Of a stretch of DNA of 60,726 nucleotides, positions 47,645 through 56,900 are shown piece after piece. Within the stretch, counting starts at the first letter, position 1. Every line of letters begins with the position of its first letter. This DNA comes from Deltaproteobacteria bacterium (GTDB lineage Bacteria > Myxococcota > JACRCW01). Where the stretch lies: the NCBI GenBank assembly GCA_016218805.1, contig JACRCW010000007.1, positions 1 to 60,726 of the forward strand, written 5' to 3'. A program made the position numbers and the translations under genes. Below the pieces are notes generated by a model that did not search any database, was not told the origin of the DNA, and saw only the letters and a list, made by a program, of their open reading frames with translations.

Positions 47645-47773
47645 CGGCTGAGCGCGCGGCGGCGCGGGCCGTTGCATGGTCTCGCTGGCGTCGGGGCCAA
47701 ACGGGTCAAGCAGGCGCACAAAGTCAGAAGCCCTCTCTTGCCGGATGCTGCCCTTGAACTCGCTGCGTGACAT
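47588..47773 (-). CDS. Putative 61-aa small protein
   Basis: ATG with a GGAGGT SD and an upstream sigma54-like site. Overlaps the mutM 3' end by 57 bp. Confidence 0.45.
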   Translation of the reverse strand: MSRSEFKGSIRQERASDFVRLLDPFGPDASETMQRPAPPRAQPSPTQKTRRLPPPLPANVD

Positions 47774-47806
47774 GACCCACCTCCGCGCCTGACGGAGCAC
47801 CCTTCA

Positions 47807-47822
47807 TCAAGTTCCGCGCCAG
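47807..47822 (-). promoter_or_regulatory. Sigma54-like -24/-12 promoter
   Basis: Minus strand CTGGCGCG-GAAC-TTGA versus consensus TGGCACG-N4-TTGC. Confidence 0.45.
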
Positions 47823-48029
47823 ACCCGGGTGGGCCCATGTGGGTGACGTGTTTCCGGGCAGTTGGCGCCGCGCGGCCGGGCCCTGCGGTGCGCCGGCTGT
47901 CCGCGCGCCCTCGGGTTTCTGAGAGGGCGTCAAGAGTTGAACGGTGGATCTTCGAGTGCCGCGGCAGGTTCCGCCCACGCTTTGCGGCGTGCCGAGCGCG
48001 CGGCGTAGGGTGGCGCGGGTTGACCCCTC

Positions 48030-48674
48030 ATGGCGCAGCGTCCCCGTCACATTGCGGTGGAAGGGCCAATTGGCGCGGGAAAGTCCGCCGTGGCGGAGCG
48101 CCTTGCCGCGGCGCTGGGGCTGGAGACGGTGCTGGACAACCCGCGGGACAACCCGTTCCTGGAAGCGTTCCTGGGTGACAAGGCACGCTACGCGTTCCAG
48201 GCGCAGGTGTTCTTCCTGCTCAACCGCCACCAGCTGCTGGCCCGTCTCACCCAGGGTGACCTGTTCAGCGCGGGCACCGTCACGGACTTCCTGTTTGAGC
48301 GGGAGCGCATCTTTGCCGCGCTGCACCTGTCCCCGGAGGAGCTGGCGCTGTACGACCGGATCCACGCGGTGGTTCGCGAGCGCGTGCCGCGCCCGGACCT
48401 GGTGGTCTACCTGCAGGCGCCGGCCGAAGTGCTGCACCAGCGGCTCAGGCACCGCGGGCCGGACCCGCACCGCCCGGCGCTGCGGGACCTGGAAGAGATG
48501 AACCGCGTCTACAATGACTTCTTCTTCCATTACGCAGACACGCCGCTGCTGGTGGTCAACACCGCAGACGTGGACCTGTCCCGGGATGACACGGAGCTGC
48601 GCGCGCTGGCCACGGAGATTCTGAAACTCCGGGGCGGGACGCGGCATTACATCCCGCGGCCGTCGGCCGGTTGA
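48030..48674 (+). CDS. Deoxynucleoside kinase
   Basis: IAVEGPIGAGKS, NPFL, FQAQVFFL, PDLVVYLQA motifs. Confidence 0.92.
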   Translation: MAQRPRHIAVEGPIGAGKSAVAERLAAALGLETVLDNPRDNPFLEAFLGDKARYAFQAQVFFLLNRHQLLARLTQGDLFSAGTVTDFLFERERIFAALHLSPEELALYDRIHAVVRERVPRPDLVVYLQAPAEVLHQRLRHRGPDPHRPALRDLEEMNRVYNDFFFHYADTPLLVVNTADVDLSRDDTELRALATEILKLRGGTRHYIPRPSAG

Positions 48675-48692
48675 CCTCTGGCCAAGGGCGGC

Positions 48693-48862
48693 GGAACCCG
48701 GTAGGAACCCGGTTGACGATCCACGGACGCGCGTCCGGATCGCCCCGCCCGCCGGGTTGCCGGCGGTCCGGCACGCAACGGCGGCCGCCGAGCGTGACCC
48801 GCGGGAAGCGACCCGGCCGGTGTCCACTGAGCGGCCCTACCCGCCCGGTGCGGGAGGACACG
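48693..48862 (+). promoter_or_regulatory. Structured panB leader (candidate pan RNA motif)
   Basis: Bulged hairpin CGATCC-ac-GGAC-gcgc-GTCC-GGATCG (48717-48742), GTGTCC/GGACAC stem overlapping a GGAGG, tandem GGAACCCGGT x2. Confidence 0.4.
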
Positions 48863-48875
48863 CGGGCAGGCCATC

Positions 48876-49775
48876 GTGAAGAAGGTCACGGTCAACACCC
48901 TCCAGGCCATGAAGAAGGACGGTCAGCGCATCACCATGCTGACCTGTTATGACGCCACCTTTGCCCGCCTGGTGGATGACGGCGGCGTGGACGCCGTGCT
49001 GGTGGGGGACAGCCTGGGCATGGTCATCCAGGGCGAACCCAACACGCTGGCGGTCACGGTGGACGACATTGTCTACCACTGCCGTGCGGTGGCGCGCGGG
49101 ACGCGGCGCGCGCACATCGTGGGGGACATGCCGTTCATGAGCTACCAGGTGAACCCGGAGGACGCGTTGCGCGCGGCCGGGCGCATCCTGTCCCACGGGC
49201 ACGCGGAGGCCGTGAAGCTGGAGGGCGGCCAGGAGATGGCGGAGACGGTGCGCCGGATTGTGCGCGCCGGGATCCCGGTGATGGGGCACGTGGGGCTGAC
49301 GCCGCAGAGCGTGCACCAGATGGGCGGCTTTGTGGTGCAGGGCCGTGACGAAGAAGGCGCCCGCCGCATCTGGCACGACGCGCGCGCGCTGCAGGAGGCG
49401 GGGGCCTACGCGCTGGTGCTGGAGGGCATCCCCGCTTCTCTGGCGGCCGCCATCTCTGAGCGCCTGGCCATCCCCACCATTGGCATTGGCGCGGGGGCCG
49501 GCTGCGACGGGCAGGTGCTGGTGCTGTACGACCTGCTGGGCCTCAACGCGGAGTTCAAGCCGCGCTTTGTCAAGCAGTACGTGTTGGGGCACGGCGTGGT
49601 GAAGGACGCGGTGGCGCGCTTTGTGGCTGAGGTGCGCACCGGCGCCTTCCCTGACGAGGCGCACAGCTTCCAGAGCCGCGCGGCGTTTGAGCTGCCCGCG
49701 GCGGTCCGCACCGATCCGCGGTTGCTGGGCGACCTCGACGCGGACGGCATTCCGCTGTACGGCACCCCGGTGTGA
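48876..49775 (+). CDS. panB: 3-methyl-2-oxobutanoate hydroxymethyltransferase
   Basis: [48 protein letters not shown] motifs. Confidence 0.97.
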   Translation: MKKVTVNTLQAMKKDGQRITMLTCYDATFARLVDDGGVDAVLVGDSLGMVIQGEPNTLAVTVDDIVYHCRAVARGTRRAHIVGDMPFMSYQVNPEDALRAAGRILSHGHAEAVKLEGGQEMAETVRRIVRAGIPVMGHVGLTPQSVHQMGGFVVQGRDEEGARRIWHDARALQEAGAYALVLEGIPASLAAAISERLAIPTIGIGAGAGCDGQVLVLYDLLGLNAEFKPRFVKQYVLGHGVVKDAVARFVAEVRTGAFPDEAHSFQSRAAFELPAAVRTDPRLLGDLDADGIPLYGTPV

Positions 49776-49790
49776 AACCGGGCGAGGAGC

Positions 49791-50279
49791 ATGGCGGACA
49801 GGGGCAAGGGCGCGCACAAGGGTGAGCACACCGTGGTCCAGAACCGGCGGGCGCGCTTTGACTTTGAGATCACGGACAGTGTGGAGGCGGGCCTGGTGCT
49901 GCTGGGCACCGAGGTGAAGAGCCTGCGCAACGGCGGGGGCGTGCTGTCCGACGCTTGGGCCGAAGTGGTCCGCGGCGAGGTGTGGCTCAACGCCATGAAG
50001 ATTGCGCCCTACAGCCACGGCAACATCACCAATCATGCAACGGAGCGGCGGCGCAAGCTGCTGCTGCACCAGCGCGAAATCCGCCAACTGGAGCAGGAGG
50101 CGCAGCGCGGGCTGCAGTTGGTGCCGCTGCGCGTTTACTTCAAGGAGGGCCGCGCCAAGTTGGAATTGGGCGTGGGCAAGCCGCGCAAGGCGCATGACAA
50201 GCGGCACGCCATCCGGGACCGGGAGCAGCGCGCGGAAGCGCGGCGGGCGGTGTCCAACCGCGGCCGCGGCGACGATTGA
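49791..50279 (+). CDS. smpB: SsrA-binding protein
   Basis: NRRARFDF, EAGLVLLGTEVKSLR, RKLLLH..EI, DKR motifs. Confidence 0.97.
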   Translation: MADRGKGAHKGEHTVVQNRRARFDFEITDSVEAGLVLLGTEVKSLRNGGGVLSDAWAEVVRGEVWLNAMKIAPYSHGNITNHATERRRKLLLHQREIRQLEQEAQRGLQLVPLRVYFKEGRAKLELGVGKPRKAHDKRHAIRDREQRAEARRAVSNRGRGDD

Positions 50280-50285
50280 CGGGCG

Positions 50286-52568
50286 TCAGCCGCCCGCCTT
50301 CTCCTTGAGCTTGCTGAGCACCTTGAGCAGCAGGCGCAGCTGACGGGTGTGCGCCTCCTTTTCCGCGCCGGAGCCCACGCGGTCCACGTACTCCACGGCC
50401 TGTTCCACGCCCCAGGCCAGCGGGGCCACGGCCTCCACCAGCCGCCGGATGTCCGCGGTGGCCTTCTCCACCTGGGCGCGGACCTCGTCCGGGTTGGCGC
50501 CGGCGGCGGGGGCCTGCGCGGTGGTGCGCGCCTGGATGAGCTCCAGGTCCTTGCGCCGCACGTCCGCCTTGAGGTGGTCCACCTCGGCCCACGCCTGTTG
50601 GAGTGACTGCTCCGCCTGTGCGCGGGCCTGTTCGGCGGAGGTGGCGCGCGCGGCGGCCGCGCGCAGGTTGGCGGCCTCAGCCACCTGGGCCCGCAGCTGC
50701 GCGGCCTCGTTCTCCACCGCCTTGCGGGTCTCGTCCGCCACGTCCAGGGACATCTGCAGTTCTTCCAGCTGCTCCTGCGCCTGCTGCGCCACCGCCAGGT
50801 CGCTCTCCAGCTTGGACTGCCGCGCCCGCAGCGTGGCCACCTCCTGCTGCGCCGCCTGCGCTTCCTGCGCCGCCCCCGCGTGCAGCGCGGCGCGCTGCTG
50901 GGCCTGCGCCAGCTCCCCCTCCACGGTGCGCAGCCGGTCGCGGTAGGCGGCGGTGTCATTGGCGGCCTGGGACGACTGCGCTTCCAGCTGCGCCACGCGC
51001 GCCTCAGCCTGCAGGGCGCGCGCCTCAGCCAGCTGGGCGTGGCTGCGCTCCTGCTCCTTGCTGCCCTCCATGGCCCGCAGGACGGTCAGCTCCTGCTCCG
51101 CCTGGGCGCGGGCGCCCTCCGCCACCGCCACGCGGTCCCGCAGCGGGGCCAGCTCCGCCTCCAGGGACTGCGCGCGCGCGCGTTGGGCGCCGCCCTCCGC
51201 CATCACCTGGGCCAGCTGCTGCTGCAGCGCCGCCAACCGCCCGGCACCAGAAGCCTGCGCGGCCTGCGCGTCCGCCTGGGACGCCTGCGCCTGGGCCAGC
51301 TGGCCCTGCATGGCGTTGAGCTGCGCGGCCATCTGCGCTGAGCGCGCCTGCAGCGTCTGCATCTGCGCCACCTGCGCCTGGCCCTGCGCTTCGGCGTGGG
51401 CCAGTCCCTGGCGGGCCCCGGCCAGTTCGCCCTCCAGGACGCCCAGCTGCGCGCGGCCTGCACCCAGCTCCGCCCGCGCCTGGGCCAGCTGCTGCCGCGC
51501 GGCCGCCAGCTCCGCCTCCAGCACCTGGATCTGCTGGCGGGCGGCGTTGAGTTCATGCGGCGGCGCCCCCACGGGGATCCCCGCCACGGGCGGTCCGCCC
51601 GGACGGCCGGCGCCGGGCGGGAAGCCGGCTCCCGCGGGCGTGCGGGTGCCAAAGCCGGCACCGGTGGGCGTGCCCTGGGTCCAGCCCGCCGCGGCGGGAC
51701 CAGGCGGCAGGACCGCGCCCACCACCGCGGGCAGCGGGGAGGCTGGCGGGGGGACCGGCGTCTGCGCGTGCGGCTGCTGCCCCACCAGCACGCCCTGCGC
51801 CACGGGCGGCGCGGTGCGGGCGGTGCGCAGCGCGGAGACCACGCGGTCCGGCGCGCTGCCCTGGGGAAGGAAGGCCAGGGCGCCTTCGCCCAGGGCGCGG
51901 ACCACCAGTTGCGGGTTGTTGGGCGCGTCCAGCACCAGGAAGCGGGCGGAGGGGTGCACCGCCTTGGCGGCCTTGGCCACGTCCAGGCCGGCCAGGTCAC
52001 CCAGCTGCAGGGCGGTGATGACAAAATCCGGGAGGAAGGTGTCCAGGGCGGCCAGCGCCTCCACGCCGCTGTTGGCGGTGGCTATGGAGAAGCCCGCCGC
52101 CGTGAGCGGTGGGCCGTAGGGCACCACACCCGGCCCGGCCAGCAGCACCCGCACGCTGTCAGACGGCGGCGGCGGCGACGGCGCTTCCACGTCGGCAAAC
52201 GGATCAAAGCCGGCGGCCGGCGCGCTGGGCGGAGGCGCCGGGGGCGGCCCGGGGGGATGGCTGTCCGGCGCAAACGGATCAAAGGGCCGCGGCGGCGGGG
52301 TGCGGGGGGGGGCCGCCGGAGCGGGCGCCGCGCGGGGCGGCACGTCGTCGGCTTCGGGGAAGGCCGGCTCATCAGCAAACGGGTCAAACTCCGGCCCAGG
52401 CGCTCCCGGGGCGGACCGGCCGCCCAGCGGCGGGGCCACGCCGCCCTCCAGCATGTCTTCCACCGTCAGCGAGTCCGGCACGGATGGCCGGCCACCCCCG
52501 TCCGAGGGATCCTCCTCGATCGTGAAGCTGTCGAGGTCGTCGGTGGGGGGTGGTTTGGGCGTGGGCAT
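50286..52568 (-). CDS. Pseudo-receiver plus long coiled-coil protein (FrzS/AglZ-like architecture)
   Basis: Pro-rich N-terminus, receiver 'ANSGVEAL...PDFVITALQLGDLAGLDV' lacking the phosphoacceptor Asp, ~400-aa Ala/Gln/Glu coiled coil. Confidence 0.75.
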   Translation of the reverse strand: MPTPKPPPTDDLDSFTIEEDPSDGGGRPSVPDSLTVEDMLEGGVAPPLGGRSAPGAPGPEFDPFADEPAFPEADDVPPRAAPAPAAPPRTPPPRPFDPFAPDSHPPGPPPAPPPSAPAAGFDPFADVEAPSPPPPSDSVRVLLAGPGVVPYGPPLTAAGFSIATANSGVEALAALDTFLPDFVITALQLGDLAGLDVAKAAKAVHPSARFLVLDAPNNPQLVVRALGEGALAFLPQGSAPDRVVSALRTARTAPPVAQGVLVGQQPHAQTPVPPPASPLPAVVGAVLPPGPAAAGWTQGTPTGAGFGTRTPAGAGFPPGAGRPGGPPVAGIPVGAPPHELNAARQQIQVLEAELAAARQQLAQARAELGAGRAQLGVLEGELAGARQGLAHAEAQGQAQVAQMQTLQARSAQMAAQLNAMQGQLAQAQASQADAQAAQASGAGRLAALQQQLAQVMAEGGAQRARAQSLEAELAPLRDRVAVAEGARAQAEQELTVLRAMEGSKEQERSHAQLAEARALQAEARVAQLEAQSSQAANDTAAYRDRLRTVEGELAQAQQRAALHAGAAQEAQAAQQEVATLRARQSKLESDLAVAQQAQEQLEELQMSLDVADETRKAVENEAAQLRAQVAEAANLRAAAARATSAEQARAQAEQSLQQAWAEVDHLKADVRRKDLELIQARTTAQAPAAGANPDEVRAQVEKATADIRRLVEAVAPLAWGVEQAVEYVDRVGSGAEKEAHTRQLRLLLKVLSKLKEKAGG

Positions 52569-52653
52569 TCGGTGGCGACGGGGTGGGAGCCGACCTCAAC
52601 CTAGCCGGGAAGACCGGCCCGAGACCACCCCCTGGGGCATCCCCCGTGGCGCA

Positions 52654-53010
52654 TTACTTGGCCGCGTTCTTCCTGGCCTTGCGCGCGGGTCCGGCCAGAT
52701 CGAGCAGCTGGGCGCGGGAGAGCTTTTCCGCCTTGTCGCGGAAGGAGTCGGCCGCCTTGCCGGACAGTTCGCGCCGCTCAATGGCGGCGGCGGTGGCGCT
52801 CTCACGCTTGCCGCCAAAGCGGGTCTTGAACTCGTCTTCCACCTTCTTGAGCTGCAGCAGGCGGGCGTTGGACAGGCGCTGCAACCGCTTCTGCAGCTGT
52901 TCGCGGGTGACGCCCTCCGGGACGTCCATCATGGACGCCAGCTGGGCGGCCAGCTTCTCCTTGGAACCGAACTGCGCCTTCATCTGTGCCAACGGTGCCT
53001 GCTTGGACAT
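52654..53010 (-). CDS. Small basic helical hypothetical protein
   Basis: GGAG SD; internal repeat 'FGSKEK...LSNARLLQL' / 'FGGKRE...LSRAQLLDL'. Confidence 0.75.
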   Translation of the reverse strand: MSKQAPLAQMKAQFGSKEKLAAQLASMMDVPEGVTREQLQKRLQRLSNARLLQLKKVEDEFKTRFGGKRESATAAAIERRELSGKAADSFRDKAEKLSRAQLLDLAGPARKARKNAAK

Positions 53011-53052
53011 GACGTACTCCATGACAGCTTTGGTGAGGTGGAAAGGGCCCGG

Positions 53053-53081
53053 CCTGTAGAGCCCGGCACGGGTGCTGTCAA
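53053..53081 (-). promoter_or_regulatory. Putative sigma70 promoter
   Basis: TTGACA-N17-TACAGG on the minus strand, ~40 bp upstream of ATG 53010. Confidence 0.5.
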
Positions 53082-53144
53082 TCCCAGCCGTGCCCGGGCG
53101 GGCCGTCGTGGAGGCCTTGCGGGCGCACGGGGGGCGGAAGCACG

Positions 53145-53963
53145 GTGCCCGTCGTGGCGATGGTGCGGGTCAACGGCGCGCGGGTGTTTGCCCGGGAGGA
53201 GGAAGGCGCGGGCCTGCCCGTGGTGCTGCTGCACATGGCGGGCGCGGGCGGCAGCGCATGGGGCCCAGTGGCGGGGTTGCTGGGCCGGCAGGCGCACGTG
53301 CTGGCCCCGGACTTTCCCGGCCACGGGCAGAGCGAGGCGGCGGCGCTGCCGGCCCCGGGCGCACTGGCCCGTGACGGCGTGAAACCGCACCTGGCGGCGC
53401 TGGCCGCCTGGACGCTGCAGTGGCTGGACGCGTGCGGGATTGAGCGCGCGTTCCTGGCGGGGCATTCGCTGGGCGGGTGTGTGGCCATGACGGTGGCCCT
53501 GGGCGCGCCGCGGCGGGTGGCGGGGCTGGGCCTGGTGTGCACCAGCGCGGACCTGGCCCTGCCGGACGCCCTGCGGGACGCCCTGCACCACCGCTACGAG
53601 GCGTTCATCGCGTCGTTCCCCGGCGCGGCCGTGGCACGCGGCGCGGCGCGGCCCGTGTTCCCGCAGGCGGACCCGGCCACGGTGCGCGCGGACTTTGACG
53701 CGGTGGACGGCTTCCACGTCCTGGGGGCCCTGCCGGCCCTGACGGTGCCGGTGGCGGTGATCGCCGGGGAACTGGACGTCATCACCCCGCCTGAGCACGC
53801 GCGCCGCCTGGCCGCCGCGCTCCCATCCGCCCGGCTGACGCTGGTACCCGGCGGCGGCCACCTGCTGCCCCGCGAGCAGCCTCCAACGGTGGCGCGCGCG
53901 CTGGCCGACGCGCACGCGCACGCGCGCGCTGGCGACGGTGCCGGACGGCGCCTGATAGGCTGA
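53145..53963 (+). CDS. Alpha/beta hydrolase
   Basis: DFPGHGQS, GHSLGG nucleophile elbow, GELD, GGH motifs. Confidence 0.88.
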   Translation: MPVVAMVRVNGARVFAREEEGAGLPVVLLHMAGAGGSAWGPVAGLLGRQAHVLAPDFPGHGQSEAAALPAPGALARDGVKPHLAALAAWTLQWLDACGIERAFLAGHSLGGCVAMTVALGAPRRVAGLGLVCTSADLALPDALRDALHHRYEAFIASFPGAAVARGAARPVFPQADPATVRADFDAVDGFHVLGALPALTVPVAVIAGELDVITPPEHARRLAAALPSARLTLVPGGGHLLPREQPPTVARALADAHAHARAGDGAGRRLIG

Positions 53964-53970
53964 CCGGCCC

Positions 53971-56900
53971 ATGCGGCGTCCCCCTGCCCGTCCCGCCTCC
54001 CGGCGCCGTCGCCTTGCCCTGGTGTGGGCCGCGTGCGCGGCGTGCACCGCGCCGCCCCCTCCGCCCGACGGGACCGCGGATGGGGTGCTGGTCTTTGTGG
54101 AGCCGTCCGCGGGCGCCGCGTTCACCGAACGCGACGACGTGCTGGCCCTTCAGGCGGGGATCCAGCTGCGCGTGAGTGTGCGGGCGCTGTGGCTGCCGGA
54201 GGGCGCGCCGGTGTCCCTGACGGTGGACGGCGTGCCGGAGGGTGCCCCGGTGCCGGTGGCGGATGGCCGCGCGGTGTTCTTCCCCACGTTCCAAGGCGGT
54301 CCGCCGCCGGAGGGCCTGGAGCACCGCCTGGCGGCGTCTGCCGCCGGTGCGGCCGGCGCCCGGACCACGCTGCGGGTGACCACCTCAGACGCCGTGGCCT
54401 GCCGGTTCGGGTCACCGTTGCCGGACGCGGTGCTGTCCGCGGCGGAGGACGCGTCCACGGAGGCCGGCTTCCAGGTGGACGCCGCCGTGGAGTGCAGCGG
54501 CGGCAGGGCGGCGGAGGGCAGCGTGGTGGTGGAAGTGTGGCGCGGCGAACCGGACGGTGCCCCCGAGGCGCGGGTGGAGCAGCCGCTGGTGGACGGCAAC
54601 GCGCACTTCCCGGCGCTCACCCTGCCGGATGGCAGCGTGGCGTTGGGCGCGTACCTGCGCCGCGGGGACGGGACGCGCACGGGCCACCAGCGCGTCCGGG
54701 TGACGGTGGATGCCGGCCGCTGTGACGTGGTGCTGCGCGCGCCGTCCACGGCGGGCTGGCTGACCACGCGCACGGTGCGTGACATGGACCCGGGCCGCGC
54801 CGGGCTGGACGCGGCGGTGGTGGCGGACAGCCGGCTGTGCCCGTCCGGGACGCTGGTGGTGGACGCGCCGGGCGGCGCGGTGGAGGCGCCGGTGTCCCTG
54901 GGCACGGGCCGCGCCGTGGTGGCTTTGCCGGAGGGGAGCGTGAGCCTGGTGGTGGGCATCCGGGATGTGGCCGGCGGGCGGGAGGACGCCCTCCCGGTGC
55001 GGGCGGCCTTCCGGGTGGACACGGTGGCGCCCTGCGCGTCGCTGTCCTGGCCCCCCGCGGGCGGCACGGTGACGGCCGCGGATGACGAGCAGGTGCCCCC
55101 GGACCCCGCGGACGGCGTGACGGTCACGCTGCGCGGGCGGGTGGTCCACGGTGAGGGCACGGAGGCGGTGGACCTGCGGCTGCTGGGCCCTGACGACGCG
55201 CTGGTGCTCCACGCCTCCCTGCCCATCAGCGCGGACGGGTTCTTCCAGCACACGGCGCCCGCGCTGGCGCCGGGCAACCACGCCGTCCTGCTGTCTGCGG
55301 TGGATGACCACGGCAACCGCTGCCCCGCGGCGCCGGAGGCGGCCGCCCCGCACCGGTTCCGGGTGGACACGCGCGGCCCGGCGGCCTCCGCCCACCTGCT
55401 CAATGACGTGGGCGGTGACGGCTGGATCGGCCGGGATGAGGACGCCGCACCGGACGAGCCGGGCACCCAGGTGAACGCGCGCGTGACGCTGGCCGGCGCG
55501 GCCCCCGCCGGCGCCTCCGCGCGGCTGCGGTTCACGTCGGCGGAGGGCGTGACGTTGGACCTGGTGGTGCCGCTGTCCGGCGCGTCCGCGGATGCGCGGG
55601 CCACGCTGGCGGACGGCGAATACGTGCTGGGGGCGGTGGTGTCATTCACCGACGGGCGGCCCAACCTGGGCGCACCCGTGGTCCGGTTTGCGGTGGACAC
55701 GCTGGCGCCGTCACTGGTCATGTTGGCGCCCGCGGACGGCAGTGTCATCCGGGGCCGCACGCTGGACGTCACCGTCCTGGGCCCGCCGGGAGACCCGCTG
55801 CGGATGCACCTGGAGGTGGCAGGCGTCCCGTGGCCGGCGGAGGCCGAAGCGCTGGACGGAGGCCGCTGGCGTTTCCCCGCCGTGGCGCTGCCCGCCGGGC
55901 CCGGGCCCCACCTGCTCACGGCGCGCGGGGTGGACCGCGCGGGCAACCCGGGAACCGCCCAGGCGGCGGTCACCGTGGATGACACCGCGCCCGCGGCAGT
56001 GCTGCGCGGCGTGGACCGGGACGGCACCAACCGGGTGCTGGAGGGACCGGCGGCCGGCAGCACCCAGCCGCGCACGCTGCTGGACATCTCCACGCCGGAA
56101 GGCCTGGCGGCGCTGGACTATGACAGCAACGCGGACACCGGGCTGCAGTACGCGTTCGCCGTGGAGGTGCCGGTGGAGGACTGCCCCACGGTGGCCGCGG
56201 CGCGCCTGGCCATCCAGGGGTTGGCGGACGCGCTGGCGGTGACGCTGCGCCCTGCCGGGGCGGTGTGCCGCGGCGTGGTGGACCGCGGCGGCCTGGGCCT
56301 CACGCTGCCTGAAGGCGACGGCACCGCCGTGGTGGCGGTCACCGACGTGGCGGGGAACGTGGGCAGCGCGGCGGTGTTCTACACCGTGCGCCGCAGCGGT
56401 GAGTTTGCCCGCATTGATGAGCCCGCCGACGGTGCGCACCTGTCCGCGGCGCGGGTGGACGTGAAAGCCAGCGCGCAGATGCTGGACGGCGCCGCCTGCC
56501 AGCTGCTGGTGGACGGTGCCACGGTGGGACAGGTCCCGGTGGCCACCCGGATGGTGTTCCCCGGCGTGGCCACCCCCGCCACCGACGGCGCCTCCAGCCA
56601 GCTGACCCTGCGGTGCACCCGCAGCGGCGGCGGCACCCCGGTGCTGAGCCAGCCGGTGACGGTGTTCCGGGACACGGCCGCGCCCGTGGGCACCTTCCGC
56701 CTGCGGGACGGGCGTCCCCTGCCCGCGTTCCTCAACGCCGCCGAACCCTCCGACGCGCCGGGCCCGGACACGCGGCTGTTCAAGGACCTGGCCCTGGACG
56801 TGGATGCGGATGACGCGGGCTGCCAGCGCCTGCTCACGCCGCTGCTGCGGGCGGAACCGGCCAACGCCGCCGCGCGCACCTATGACGCGCGCCAGTCCGT

